Assembly (NCBI GenBank): GCA_963755025.1
Contig: CAVWIH010000014.1
Coordinates: 128,001-192,000 of the forward strand
DNA from: an uncultured Actinomycetes bacterium
Lineage (GTDB): Bacteria > Actinomycetota > Thermoleophilia > UBA2241
Direction: 5' to 3'
DNA length: 64,000 bases
The notes under the pieces: model-generated
Told to the model about the DNA's origin: nothing
Databases searched by the model: none
What the model saw: the letters and a program-made list of their open reading frames with translations, nothing else
Shown: positions 33,260 through 43,138 of the stretch, piece after piece
How the letters are laid out: each line of letters starts with the position of its first letter
Numbering within the stretch: the first letter of the stretch is position 1
Made by a program: the position numbers and the translations under genes

Positions 33260-33281
33260 GAGCTGCCCCCCTCTTTTCTGT

Positions 33282-33557
33282 TCAGATGTCGCCGCGCCGC
33301 ACAGCGCGCCGCGCGACCCTGCGGCGGTGACGGCGCAACACCAGCAGGAGCTGACCGGCGGCGAGCGACAAGCCGATCGTCACGACGAGCAGCAGCCACA
33401 ACGGCCACGAGAAGCTCCAGAACAGCCAGGTCAGCTTGACCGGGCCGCGGTTCTGGGCGACGAAGGCCCCAAGGGCAACGGCGATCGCCGCGACGATGCC
33501 CGGCATCACGAAACGCGCGGGCGAGGCCGACCGGCGCGAACCAGACGCTTGCGTCAT
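33282..33557 (-). CDS. LapA-like small membrane protein
   Basis: RBS GGGAGG; FVAQNRGPVKLTWLFW..PLWLLL. Confidence 0.72.
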   Translation of the reverse strand: MTQASGSRRSASPARFVMPGIVAAIAVALGAFVAQNRGPVKLTWLFWSFSWPLWLLLVVTIGLSLAAGQLLLVLRRHRRRVARRAVRRGDI

Positions 33558-33636
33558 GGCACTGACCTCCCGGGTGGCGCCTCGCCGGCGCTCCCCTGTC
33601 GCTGTGCGCGGGGCCGGCGCCCGCCTTCGTTTGCGT

Positions 33637-35218
33637 TCAGGACGCGCCCGGCCCGGCGTCGCTCTCCTGATAGTGCTCGAGCAGCTCGTCCTCTTCGGCC
33701 TTCTTGGGGAAGCAGAAGAAGACGACCACGGTGCCGATCGCGACCGCGATGGCGCCCGCCCCGTAGGCCCAGTCGGCGCCCGACAGGAACGACGACTTGG
33801 CCGCGGCGGTGATGGCCTTGGCGTACTGCGGGTACTGCCGGGCGACGTTGGCGGCGCTCGAGTACGACTGCTCGAGCTGAGCCTGCACGCTGTTCGTGAT
33901 CTGCGACTTGTTGGGCGCCGAGGCGATGGCCGTCGAGACCGCCGCGGCGTAGCCGGCGGTCGAGCAGCGCGCCGAAGATCGACTGCATGATGGCGCCGCC
34001 CAGGTCGCGCTGCAGGTCGGCGGTGCCCGACGCCATGCCCACGCGCCGTACCGGCACCGAGCTCGTGAGCGAGCGCGAGGCCGGCGTGCCGAACAGGCCG
34101 ATGCCTATGCCGAGCAGGGCGTACCCCAGGCCGACCTCCCAGTAGGGCGCGCCCTGGTCCCACAGCAGAAGCATGGTGAGAAAGGCGAGCAGACAGAACA
34201 GGTAGCCGAGGAGCAGCGTGAACCGCGATCCGCGGGCGTGCACGAGGCGCGCCGACGGCGGCGCGACCAGCACCATGGCGAAAGCCGCCGGCAGAATGGC
34301 GAGGCCGGCGTCGAGGGTCGAGTAACCGAGCACGTTCTGCATGAACTGCTGGCCGATGAACATGGCGCCCATCAGCGAACCGAAGACGATGATGCCGCCC
34401 AGGGCGGCGACCCAGAAGATGCGCCGACCGGCGATGTGCAGGTCGTAGAGGGGGCTCGCGGCGCGGCGCTGGCGCACGACGAAGGCGACGGCGGCGACGA
34501 CGGTCACGGCGGCGAGCGTCAGGGTCAGGCCGCCCTTGCCCGGCACCGGCGCGAAGTTGATGGCCAGAATGAGCGCCGCCACCATGACGATCGACAGCAC
34601 GCCTCCGAGGTTGTCGATCGGGTCGCTCGACTCGTTCACGTGGCTGGGCACGTAGAGCAGGGACATCACCAGGGCGACGACCGCGAGCGGCAGGGTGAAC
34701 AGAAAGACCGAGCCCCACCAGAAGTGCTGCAGCAGCGCTCCCGAGATGACCGGACCGAGCGCCGCCATGGCGCTGCCGATGCCGGCCCACAGGGCGATCG
34801 CGTGCGTGCGTGCCGCGCCCGACCACAGCGCCGTGATCAGGGCGAGCGTGGTGGGGTAGGCCATGCCGGCCGACAGCCCGCCGACGATGCGGGCGGCGAC
34901 CAGGACCCCGTCGGATGGCGCGTAGGCGGCCAGCAGGCAGGCGGGCACCGAAAGCGCCATGCCCAGCACGAGCAGCAGCTTGCGTCCGTGGCGGTCGCCG
35001 ATGGCGCCCAGGTAGAGCACCGACGCCGCGAGGCCGAGCGAGTAGCCGACGGCGACCAGGTCGAGCGCGGTCTGCGACGAGTCGAACGCCTTGCCGATGT
35101 CGGGCAGCGCCACGTTGGCGACCGCCAGATTGATGTTGGCGACGCCGGCCGCGAGGATGAGCGTGAGCAGCACAAGGCCGGCGCGCCGGGGAGCGGCCGA
35201 CGGCTGGGCGATCTTCAC
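33637..35218 (-). CDS. MFS transporter, DHA2-like (frameshift near 33960)
   Basis: NVALPDIG, GDRHGRK and ASGTADLQRDLGG; C-terminus is in ORF 33637-33888. Confidence 0.87.
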
Positions 35219-35247
35219 CGGCGCAGCCGGGCGCGGCGGCTGCGCGG

Positions 35248-35742
35248 CTATTGCGCGGCCTCGACGCCGAGCGCGAGCAGGTCCTGCGGGTGCAGCCACT
35301 CGTCGGCCAGGGCCACGCCGCCCGAGGCGATCACGGCGTCGCGCAGCGGAATGGCCCAGCGGTGCTCGATCACCGCGACCGCCGCCGACATGCCCTCGGG
35401 GATGGCGTCGGCGACGTACCAGACCTCGGCCTCGTCGAAGACCGAGCCCTCGTCGACGGCGCCTGCGGCGCCGACGAGGGCGCCCACCTCGGCGCCCTCG
35501 TCGCCGGCCGCGCCGAAGCCGATCAGCGCGCCGGCGACGGCGCCCAGCTTGGCGAGCTCGTGGGTGTCGCTGAGCTCGACCTTCTCTACCGAGCCGTCCT
35601 CGTTTTTGTGCACGAAGAGCAGGTCGATCAAGCGCACGACGTCGTGCTCGGTGAGCTTCTTGAGCTCATCGAGCGCCCCCCCGGTGAACTGGGCGTCGGC
35701 GCCGTAGCCGATCACCAGGATCTGTACCGGACCTAGTGCCAT
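35248..35742 (-). CDS. DUF6325/DUF1269-like glycine-zipper protein
   Basis: LGPVQILVIG, VRLIDLLFVHK, GAVAGALIG and IEHRWA; RBS AAGGAGG. Confidence 0.78.
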   Translation of the reverse strand: MALGPVQILVIGYGADAQFTGGALDELKKLTEHDVVRLIDLLFVHKNEDGSVEKVELSDTHELAKLGAVAGALIGFGAAGDEGAEVGALVGAAGAVDEGSVFDEAEVWYVADAIPEGMSAAVAVIEHRWAIPLRDAVIASGGVALADEWLHPQDLLALGVEAAQ

Positions 35743-35791
35743 TGGTCATCCTCCTTGACTGAAAACCAGGGTGGTGGCGGGCGACCGCCGG

Positions 35792-36067
35792 CTACATGCT
35801 CTGCAGGATCTTCTGCTTCTGGGCGTCGAACTCGGCCTGGGTGAGGACGCCGCTGTCGAGGAGCTCCTTGAGCTGCTTGAGCTGCGCCATCTTGTCGTCT
35901 TCGCTCGCGGCCGGAGCGGCCTGCGGCGCTTGCGGCGCCTGTTGCCCCGCGGCGAGCTGCGCGTCCTGGTCTGCGGTGTGCTGCTTGCTCTGCGCCACCT
36001 TCTTGCCTACGACGTAGGCGCCGCCGCCGACCACGGCGGCCCGCATGAGCGGTCGTCTCCTGAACAT
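35792..36067 (-). CDS. SHOCT domain protein
   Basis: LKQLKELLDSGVLTQAEFDAQKQKIL; RBS AAGGAGG. Confidence 0.85.
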   Translation of the reverse strand: MFRRRPLMRAAVVGGGAYVVGKKVAQSKQHTADQDAQLAAGQQAPQAPQAAPAASEDDKMAQLKQLKELLDSGVLTQAEFDAQKQKILQSM

Positions 36068-36125
36068 CGTTACGGCCTCCTTAAGAGTTGTCCGAATGGT
36101 ACGTGCGTCGTGACCCGCTGCCAAC

Positions 36126-36151
36126 GTACCCACGGCAGGCTGCACCCGAAC
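36126..36151 (-). promoter_or_regulatory. Candidate stress-sigma (SigB/SigF-type) promoter for the SHOCT-to-AI-2E operon
   Basis: Minus strand reads GTTC-N16-GGGTAC, resembling GTTT-N15-17-GGGTA. Confidence 0.4.
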
Positions 36152-36240
36152 GGTTGGGAAGGGCGCGTGGTGATGGCGCCGAGGGGCGCGCCGTCGCACG
36201 GCGGCCGCCGGCGGCCGCAAGCGGCCGCACGCTGACGCCG

Positions 36241-37125
36241 TCAGGCACGGGTCCACCCGGACGGGCGCCGGCGCCACGCCGCAAGCCAGGCGGGCAGCAC
36301 GCCGAACAGCGTGTCCATGACCTCGAGGCTGCGGCGCTCGAACTCGCCGTAGTCGTCGTAGACCTCGCCGCCCGTCGCGTCGACCAGGTCGCTCACCGCC
36401 CGCAAGATGAGGCAGGGCACGCCGTTACGCGCCGCGGTCCAGGCGATCGCCCCGGTCTCCCAGTCGGCGGCGACGGCGGCAAAACGCGCGCGCAGCACGC
36501 CCACCTGGGAGGGCGCGATGTCGCCGTCGGCCGACACCAGGCGGGCCCGGCGCACGGGCGACGGGTAGGGCGCCGGCCCCAGCCACGAGAGGTCGATGGC
36601 CGTCGTGAAGGCGGCGATGGCTTCGTCCGCGTCGGTCATCTGCTCGACGATGTCGTAGACGAGCGTCTCGTCGGCAAGCAGCACCTCGCCGCGTGCGACG
36701 TGACCGGTGAGGCCGCCACAGGTGCCGAGGTTGACGAGCAACTCGGGCGCGAAGGCGTCGATCACGTACTGTGTGGCGGCGGCACCGGCGATCTTGCCCC
36801 AGCCGCCGTAGAAGACGGCCGTGGCTAGGCCCGCCGGGGGCTCGGGCATGACGAACCACTCGCCGAACGGCGACCTGCGCCGCGGGGGCTCGGGGCAGAG
36901 CGCCTCGAGTGCGCGCCACTCGCTCGTGGCGCAGACCAGCACGACGACGGCGACGTCGGCCGCCGCGCCGGCGCCGAGCGGCGCGCGCGACGCGCTCGCC
37001 GGGAGCGGCGGCTGCGCTGCGAGTGGCGGCTGCGCCGCGTATGGTGCGAGCGGTGCGCGCGGCGCGCGTGGCGCTCGGCGCCTGCGGCGCCGCCCTTCGC
37101 CGGCTGGTCGCTGTGGCTGCGACAC
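36241..37125 (-). CDS. 5'-methylthioadenosine/SAH nucleosidase-like (PNP_UDP_1); start uncertain
   Basis: GWGKIAGA, NLGTCGG, DWETGAIA and LRAVSD. Confidence 0.75.
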   Translation of the reverse strand: MSQPQRPAGEGRRRRRRAPRAPRAPLAPYAAQPPLAAQPPLPASASRAPLGAGAAADVAVVVLVCATSEWRALEALCPEPPRRRSPFGEWFVMPEPPAGLATAVFYGGWGKIAGAAATQYVIDAFAPELLVNLGTCGGLTGHVARGEVLLADETLVYDIVEQMTDADEAIAAFTTAIDLSWLGPAPYPSPVRRARLVSADGDIAPSQVGVLRARFAAVAADWETGAIAWTAARNGVPCLILRAVSDLVDATGGEVYDDYGEFERRSLEVMDTLFGVLPAWLAAWRRRPSGWTRA

Positions 37126-37258
37126 TCGTGTCCCCCGATCGTGCCGTACGGTGGTCGTCTGCGTCGCGCCGGCGGTGTGCAGGTGGGCCCAGCGCGCCCG
37201 GGCGCGGCTCTCGCCCGGCATCATACCGCGCCGCGCCGGGCGCGCCGACGAAAGGAGT

Positions 37259-38677
37259 ATGATGCCGGGCGCCATGAGCGACCCGATCGACACTCCGGCG
37301 GCAGCCGCCGCGCCCCGCCACCGCGTGGTGGTGGTCGGCGGCGGCTTCGGGGGGCTCTACGCGGTCAAGGGCCTCGCGACGACGCCCGTCGACATCACGC
37401 TGATCGACCGCGTCAATCACCACCTCTTTCAGCCTCTGCTCTACCAGGTCGCCACCGGCATCATCGACGAGGGCTCCGTCGCCCCCGCCCTGCGCAGCGT
37501 GCTGCGCGGCCAGGCGAACGTCGAGGTGCTGCTCGCCGAGGTCACCGGCTTCGACACCACGACCCGCACTGTGCAGGCGCTGGCGCCCGACGAGCGGCCG
37601 CTCTCGATCGCCTACGATACCCTCGTCGTCGCCACGGGGGTGCGCACCGACTACTTCGGTCACGACGAATGGCAGGACGCCGCGCCTGGCCTGAAGTCGC
37701 TCGAAGACGCGCGCTGGCTGCGCAGCCATATCCTCGGCGCCTTCGAGATGGCCGAGCTCGCCGCCGACTCAGACGAGCGCCGCGCCTGGCTCACCTTCGT
37801 CGTGGTCGGCGCCGGGCCGACCGGCGTCGAGCTGACCGGCGAGATCGCCACGCTCGCGCACCGTGTCCTGCCCAAAGACTTTCGCCACGTCTCGACCCGT
37901 GAGGCGCAGGTGATCCTGATGGACGCCGGCCCCACCATCCTGCCGCACTTTCCGGCGTCGCTGCGCCGGCACGCGGCCGCCGACCTGGGCGCCCTGGGCG
38001 TCGAGATCCGCACCGGCACGCTGGCGGTCGAGATCGACGTCGGGGGCATGAACGTGCGGCCCGCCGACGCCGAGACCGCCCCCGAGGAACGCCTGGGGGC
38101 GCGCACCATCATCTGGGCCGCCGGCGTGCGGGCGGCCGCGGCGGCCGACGCCCTGGCGGCGGCGACCGGCGCCGCCCGCGACCGCCTGGGGCGCCTCGTG
38201 GTCGCGCCCGACCTCTCGCTGCCCGGCCACCCCGAGATCTTCGCGGCCGGCGACGTGGCCGCGGCCGGCGACCTGCCGGGCATCGCGCCGGTCGCCATGC
38301 AGCAGGGCCGTTTCGTGGCGAGCGTCATCGCCGCCCGCGCCGGGGGCCTGCCCTCACCGGGCGCGTTCCACTACCGCGACAAAGGCACCATGGCCACCGT
38401 CGGCCCCCGTCGGGCGATCGTCGACGCCTTCGGCCTGCGGGTGGGCGGCTTCGCCGGCTCCCTGCTGTGGGCCTTCATCCACCTCTACTACCTGATCGGC
38501 TGGGGCAACCGCTCGGTCACCCTGCTGCGCTGGCTGGTGCAGATGACGACCCGCAACCGCAGCAACCGCTTAGTCGACGTCGATCACGCGGCGAGCTGGC
38601 GCGAGCTGCGCCGCCGCGGCGCGGCCACCGGCCCCGGGTTCTGGGAGAAGATGCGCAGCAAGGACCGCCCCGAGTGA
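37259..38677 (+). CDS. ndh: Type II NADH dehydrogenase
   Basis: VVVGGGFGG, HLFQPLLYQVATG, GAGPTGVE, WAAGV, AMQQG and YRDKGTMAT. Confidence 0.9.
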   Translation: MMPGAMSDPIDTPAAAAAPRHRVVVVGGGFGGLYAVKGLATTPVDITLIDRVNHHLFQPLLYQVATGIIDEGSVAPALRSVLRGQANVEVLLAEVTGFDTTTRTVQALAPDERPLSIAYDTLVVATGVRTDYFGHDEWQDAAPGLKSLEDARWLRSHILGAFEMAELAADSDERRAWLTFVVVGAGPTGVELTGEIATLAHRVLPKDFRHVSTREAQVILMDAGPTILPHFPASLRRHAAADLGALGVEIRTGTLAVEIDVGGMNVRPADAETAPEERLGARTIIWAAGVRAAAAADALAAATGAARDRLGRLVVAPDLSLPGHPEIFAAGDVAAAGDLPGIAPVAMQQGRFVASVIAARAGGLPSPGAFHYRDKGTMATVGPRRAIVDAFGLRVGGFAGSLLWAFIHLYYLIGWGNRSVTLLRWLVQMTTRNRSNRLVDVDHAASWRELRRRGAATGPGFWEKMRSKDRPE

Positions 38678-38689
38678 CGCTCGGCTCCC

Positions 38690-38738
38690 GGCGCGCCTCG
38701 CCCCTCCGGCTCGTGGCGCGCCTCGCCCCTCCGGCTCG
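38690..38738. repeat. 25-bp-period tandem duplication between convergent genes
   Basis: ggcgcgcctcgcccctccggctcg x2. Confidence 0.75.
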
Positions 38739-38808
38739 CGTCGCCGTCCGGCCGACCTCGCCTTTTTAGCCCGCGTCGCCGTTCGGCGCCTCGTCGTCTT
38801 CGCAGCCC

Positions 38809-39645
38809 TCAGCCGTCCACTTCCCCGTCGCCCTCGGCGCCACCGTAGCGCGGCGCCAGGCGGCCGCTGCGGTTGCCCGCCGCGAGGGTCTGCTGCTGCA
38901 GGTCGCGGAACCGCTCGAAGACGACCGCCGCGTCGTCGAGGCCGGGCACGCAGACGACCTCGCCCAGGGCGAGACCTGCCACGATCGCCCGCGCGCAGTC
39001 GAGGGAGCTCATGAGCGGCGGCACGCCGGGCCGACCGGCGAGCGACCGCGAGCCGTGGAACTCGCTTTCGACCATGCCGGGCAGGCAGACCATCGCCCGG
39101 ACGCCCGTACCCTCGAGCTCGGCGGCGAGCGCCTGGATGAACACGAGCTGGAACGACTTGGCCCCCGCGTACGTCGCCCGGCCCGACATGCCCAGACGCA
39201 GCGGACCGCTGAGCGACAGCAACGAGGCGACGTTGACCACTGCGCCCGCGCCGCGGGCGACCATGCCGGGCAGCGCCGCGCGGATCAGGGTGACCGGCGT
39301 GGTGACGTGGATGGCGACGACGCCCGCCATGACCTCGGGATCGAGCTCGGCGAACGGCCCGTAGCCGGAGAAGCCGGCGTTGTTGACGAGCAGCTCAAGG
39401 CGCGGCTCGTCGGCCACGCGCGCCGCGACGCGGGCGACGTCGGCGGCGTCGGTGAGGTCGGCGACGAGTACCTCGACTCCGGCGCCGGTCGCGGCGCCCA
39501 GGTCCGCCGCGAGCGCCTCGAGGCGCTCGCGGCGCCGCGCGACGACGACCAGGTCGTGACCGTCGCGGGCCAGCAGGCCGGCGAGCTCGCGGCCGATGCC
39601 CGATGAGGCGCCCGTGACCAGGGCGAGGGGACGCGGTGGCGTCAT
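38809..39645 (-). CDS. SDR family oxidoreductase
   Basis: TGASSGIG, NNAG and YAGAK; RBS GGAGG. Confidence 0.9.
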   Translation of the reverse strand: MTPPRPLALVTGASSGIGRELAGLLARDGHDLVVVARRRERLEALAADLGAATGAGVEVLVADLTDAADVARVAARVADEPRLELLVNNAGFSGYGPFAELDPEVMAGVVAIHVTTPVTLIRAALPGMVARGAGAVVNVASLLSLSGPLRLGMSGRATYAGAKSFQLVFIQALAAELEGTGVRAMVCLPGMVESEFHGSRSLAGRPGVPPLMSSLDCARAIVAGLALGEVVCVPGLDDAAVVFERFRDLQQQTLAAGNRSGRLAPRYGGAEGDGEVDG

Positions 39646-39713
39646 ATGAGCCTCCAGAAGCGTGGGGATGGTGCGCGTGGTTCGCCGGCGGTGCGGTCGC
39701 CGGCCGGAACAGT

Positions 39714-41594
39714 CTACTCGTCGTCGGTCGCGGGATCGGTCGCGGCCGTTCCCGGCCCCGAGGCCGGATCGCCGGGCTCGCCGCCTTCGGATGCGCCGGC
39801 GCCGGGCTCGCCGCCTTCGGACGCGCCGGCGCCGGGCTTCGGAGTGAGCAGCCCGGCGGCGCCGCCGGGAGCGCGCGGTCCGAGGGCGCGCACGGCGGCG
39901 TCGACCGTGAGGAACAGGTGATCCTCGCCGACGTGGCGGCGCAGGCCCGCGCGGGCCGCGTCGAGCGGCGCCTCGCCGGTCGCCCGGGCGACGGCGAAGT
40001 CGACGTCGCCGGCGTGCAGCTCGTGGACGACCTGGAGCAGCATGCGGCCCCCGGTGTAGTCGACGTCCTCGATGCCCGAGGCGTCGAGCACGAACAGGCG
40101 AGGCGGCGGCGACGACGCCGCCACCAGGCCGCGCACGCGGTCGCGAAAGTGCGTGGCGTTGGCGAAGTAGAGCGGCGCGTCGAACCGGTAAGCCACGACA
40201 CCGGGCACGACCTGGGCGTCGGGTCGCTCCTGGAGCGCCCACCACACCGTGGTGCCGGGCAGGCGCCCGAGCAGCGCGTCGCGCGGTCGCGAGCTGCGCC
40301 ACGTACGGTAGAGGATGGAGAGCAGGATGGCGAGCAGCACGCCGGGGCCCACGCCGAGCACGACGACGGTGCCGAGGGTGGCGAGCGCCACGCCGAACTC
40401 TGCCTTGTCGAAGCGGTAGATGGCGCGCAGCTCACCCACGCGAAAGATGCGCAGGGCCACGTAGATCAGCACCGCGCCCAGCGTGGCAAGCGGCAGGTCG
40501 GCGAGCGCCCCCGCGGCGGCCACGATGAGCGCCACGACGAGCGCCGCGGCGACCAGGCCGGGCACCTGCGAGCGTGCGCCCGACGAGGTGGCGACCGCGG
40601 AGCGCGGCGGGCTCGCGTTCACGGCGAAGCCGCCGATCAGGGCGGCGAGCACGCTGCCGGCGCCTACCCCGATGAAGTCGCGGTCGACACTGGTGTCGAA
40701 GCCGCCCAGCTCGGCGAAGGAACGGGTCGTCGCCGACGTCTGGGTGATCACGATGAGCGCCACGGCGAGAGCGCTGGGCAGCAGCCGCCAGGCGAGGTGC
40801 GCCGAGAAGGACGGCGCCTGGAGGGTGGGCAGCCCGGCGGGCAGAGCGCCCATCGTGACGACGCCTTTCGCGGTCAGGTCGAACGCCGCCGAGGCGGCCA
40901 GCGAGAGCAGCACGCCGATGAGCGCGCCCGGCAGCCGGCGGCTCACGCGCTCGCAGCCGACGATGACGGCGAAGACCGCGACGGCCACCGCCAGCGCGTA
41001 CAGGTTGGCGTCGCCCAGGTGGCGCGCGACGCCGGCCAGCTTCTGCAGGGCGTTGCCCCGTGTGGAGGGCAGGCCGAGCACCTCGGCGAGCTGGCCTGCG
41101 ACGATCGTCACGGCGATGCCGGCGAGGAACCCGGTGACCACCGGCGCCGACAGAAAGTCGGCGATCCAGCCCATGCGGGCCACGCCGACCGCGACGATCA
41201 GCACGCCGACAAGCAGCGAGAGCAGGGCCATGTCGGCGCTGTAGCGCGACGACCCGGTGACCGCCACGGCGGCCACAGCGGCGGCGAGCAGGGGAGCGAT
41301 CGTCGAGTCGGCGCCCACCGACATGGTGCGATTGGCGCCGAGCAGGGCGAACATGGCGACCGCCGCGAGGAACGCGTAGAGGCCGGCGACCACCGGCATG
41401 CCCGCCAGGTGGGCGGTGGCGAGCTGCTCGGGAACGGCGATCGCCACCAGCGTGACGCCGGCCACCACGTCGAGGGGCAGGTAGGCGGCGCGGTAGCCGG
41501 TGAGCCAGGGCAGGACGGCGCGCCGTGCGGCCCGGCGAGCCGGACCAGACGGCGCGCCTTGTCTGTCTTTGCCGTTATGGGCAGACTCGTTCAT
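39714..41594 (-). CDS. SulP family anion transporter with STAS domain
   Basis: DVVAGVT..VPE, PVVTGF, FDAPLYFANA and DVDYTG; C-terminal 30-bp coding repeat (PGAGASEGGE). Confidence 0.9.
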   Translation of the reverse strand: MNESAHNGKDRQGAPSGPARRAARRAVLPWLTGYRAAYLPLDVVAGVTLVAIAVPEQLATAHLAGMPVVAGLYAFLAAVAMFALLGANRTMSVGADSTIAPLLAAAVAAVAVTGSSRYSADMALLSLLVGVLIVAVGVARMGWIADFLSAPVVTGFLAGIAVTIVAGQLAEVLGLPSTRGNALQKLAGVARHLGDANLYALAVAVAVFAVIVGCERVSRRLPGALIGVLLSLAASAAFDLTAKGVVTMGALPAGLPTLQAPSFSAHLAWRLLPSALAVALIVITQTSATTRSFAELGGFDTSVDRDFIGVGAGSVLAALIGGFAVNASPPRSAVATSSGARSQVPGLVAAALVVALIVAAAGALADLPLATLGAVLIYVALRIFRVGELRAIYRFDKAEFGVALATLGTVVVLGVGPGVLLAILLSILYRTWRSSRPRDALLGRLPGTTVWWALQERPDAQVVPGVVAYRFDAPLYFANATHFRDRVRGLVAASSPPPRLFVLDASGIEDVDYTGGRMLLQVVHELHAGDVDFAVARATGEAPLDAARAGLRRHVGEDHLFLTVDAAVRALGPRAPGGAAGLLTPKPGAGASEGGEPGAGASEGGEPGDPASGPGTAATDPATDDE

Positions 41595-41689
41595 GAGTAT
41601 GGCTTTCGCCGCCGACCCGGCCCTCACCTTGCGTGCAGGGGGCCGAAGGCGCGAAAGTAGCCGGACGGGCACACTGAGGAGGGCCGACC

Positions 41690-43109
41690 ATGACCATCAT
41701 CGCGAAGCGTGAGGACAAGACGATCGCCGAACGGCAGGCAACGGGCCGCGATGCGCGCAAGCTCGTGCCCCGCACCGCGCACGGCGCCTGGACGCCGGCG
41801 CCCGACCGTCCCGACCCGCTCGCCCTGCTGCGCGCGCAGGACGACGACCGCATGGCCGACCTGGTGCCCATCCGCTGGGGCCGCATGTCGACGTCGCCGT
41901 TCGCCTTTTATCGCGGCTCGGCGATCCTTATGGCCGCCGACCTCGCGCCGCTGCCGCGCACCGCCTTGGGTGTGCAGCTGTGCGGCGACGCTCACCTGTC
42001 GAACTTCGGCCTCTACGGCTCGCCCGAGCGCGAGCTGCTGTTCGACGTCAACGACTTCGACGAGACGCTGCCGGGGCCGTTCGAATGGGACCTCAAGCGC
42101 CTGGCCGCGAGCTTCGTGCTGGCCGCCCGCAACAACGGCCTGGGCGAAGACGTGGCGCGCGAGACGGCCCTGGCCGCGGTGCGCTCCTACCGCGAACACA
42201 TGACGGCTTACGCCGAGATGAACGAGCTCGACGTCTGGTATTCGCATATCGTCGCCGACGAGCTGCTCGAGATGATCCACGCCGCCACGGCGGACAAGGC
42301 GGCCGTCAAGAAGACCGGCAAGCAGCAGATCAAGGCGGGGACGAAGCTCGCCGAGAAGACCCTCACCAAGGCGCGTGGCCGCACCAGCCTGCAGGCGGCC
42401 GGCAAACTCAGCGAGGTGGTCGATGGCTCGCGGCGCATCGTCGAGCAGCCGCCGCTCGTCATGCACCTGGCGGAGCTCTCGGAAAACGAGGCGACCGCCA
42501 GCCTGTTCGGCCAGTACAAGGAGACCCTCGAAGACGACCGCCGCGAACTGCTCGAGCGGTATCGAGGTCGTCGACATCGCCCGCAAGGTGGTCGGTGTGG
42601 GCAGCGTGGGCACGCGCTGCATCATCGTGCTGCTGCTCGGTCGCGACGCCGACGACCCACTCTTCCTGCAGATCAAGGAGGCTGGTCCGTCGGTGCTCGA
42701 GCCCTACCTCGGTAAGAGCAGGTTCATCCACGGCGGTCACCGGGTCGTCGCGGGCCAGCGGCTCATGCAGGCCGCCAGCGACATCTTCCTGGGCTGGATG
42801 ACGGGCAAGCCCGGCGGACGCCACTTCTACTGGCGCCAGCTGCGCGACATGAAGGGCTCGATCGAGGTCGAGCTGCTCAGGGCCCCGGGCCTCGAGATCC
42901 TCGCCACCATGTGCGGCTGGACGCTGGCCCGCGGGCACGCGCGCTCGGGGCAGCGCGTCGCGATCGCCTCGTACCTCGGCGTGAGCGGCCGTTTCGACCA
43001 GTCGGTCGCCGAGTTCGCCGTCTCGTACGCCGACCAGGCCGAGAAGGACTACGAGACCATGCTCAAGGCGATCAAGCAGGGCAAGATCCCGGTCGAGAGC
43101 GGCATCTAG
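41690..43109 (+). CDS. DUF2252 family protein, copy 2 (frameshift near 42560)
   Basis: Same motif set as 21386-22852; RBS GAGGAGG. Confidence 0.88.
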
Positions 43110-43138
43110 AGCGAGGCTCTGCCCGACGGCGGCGCGGT

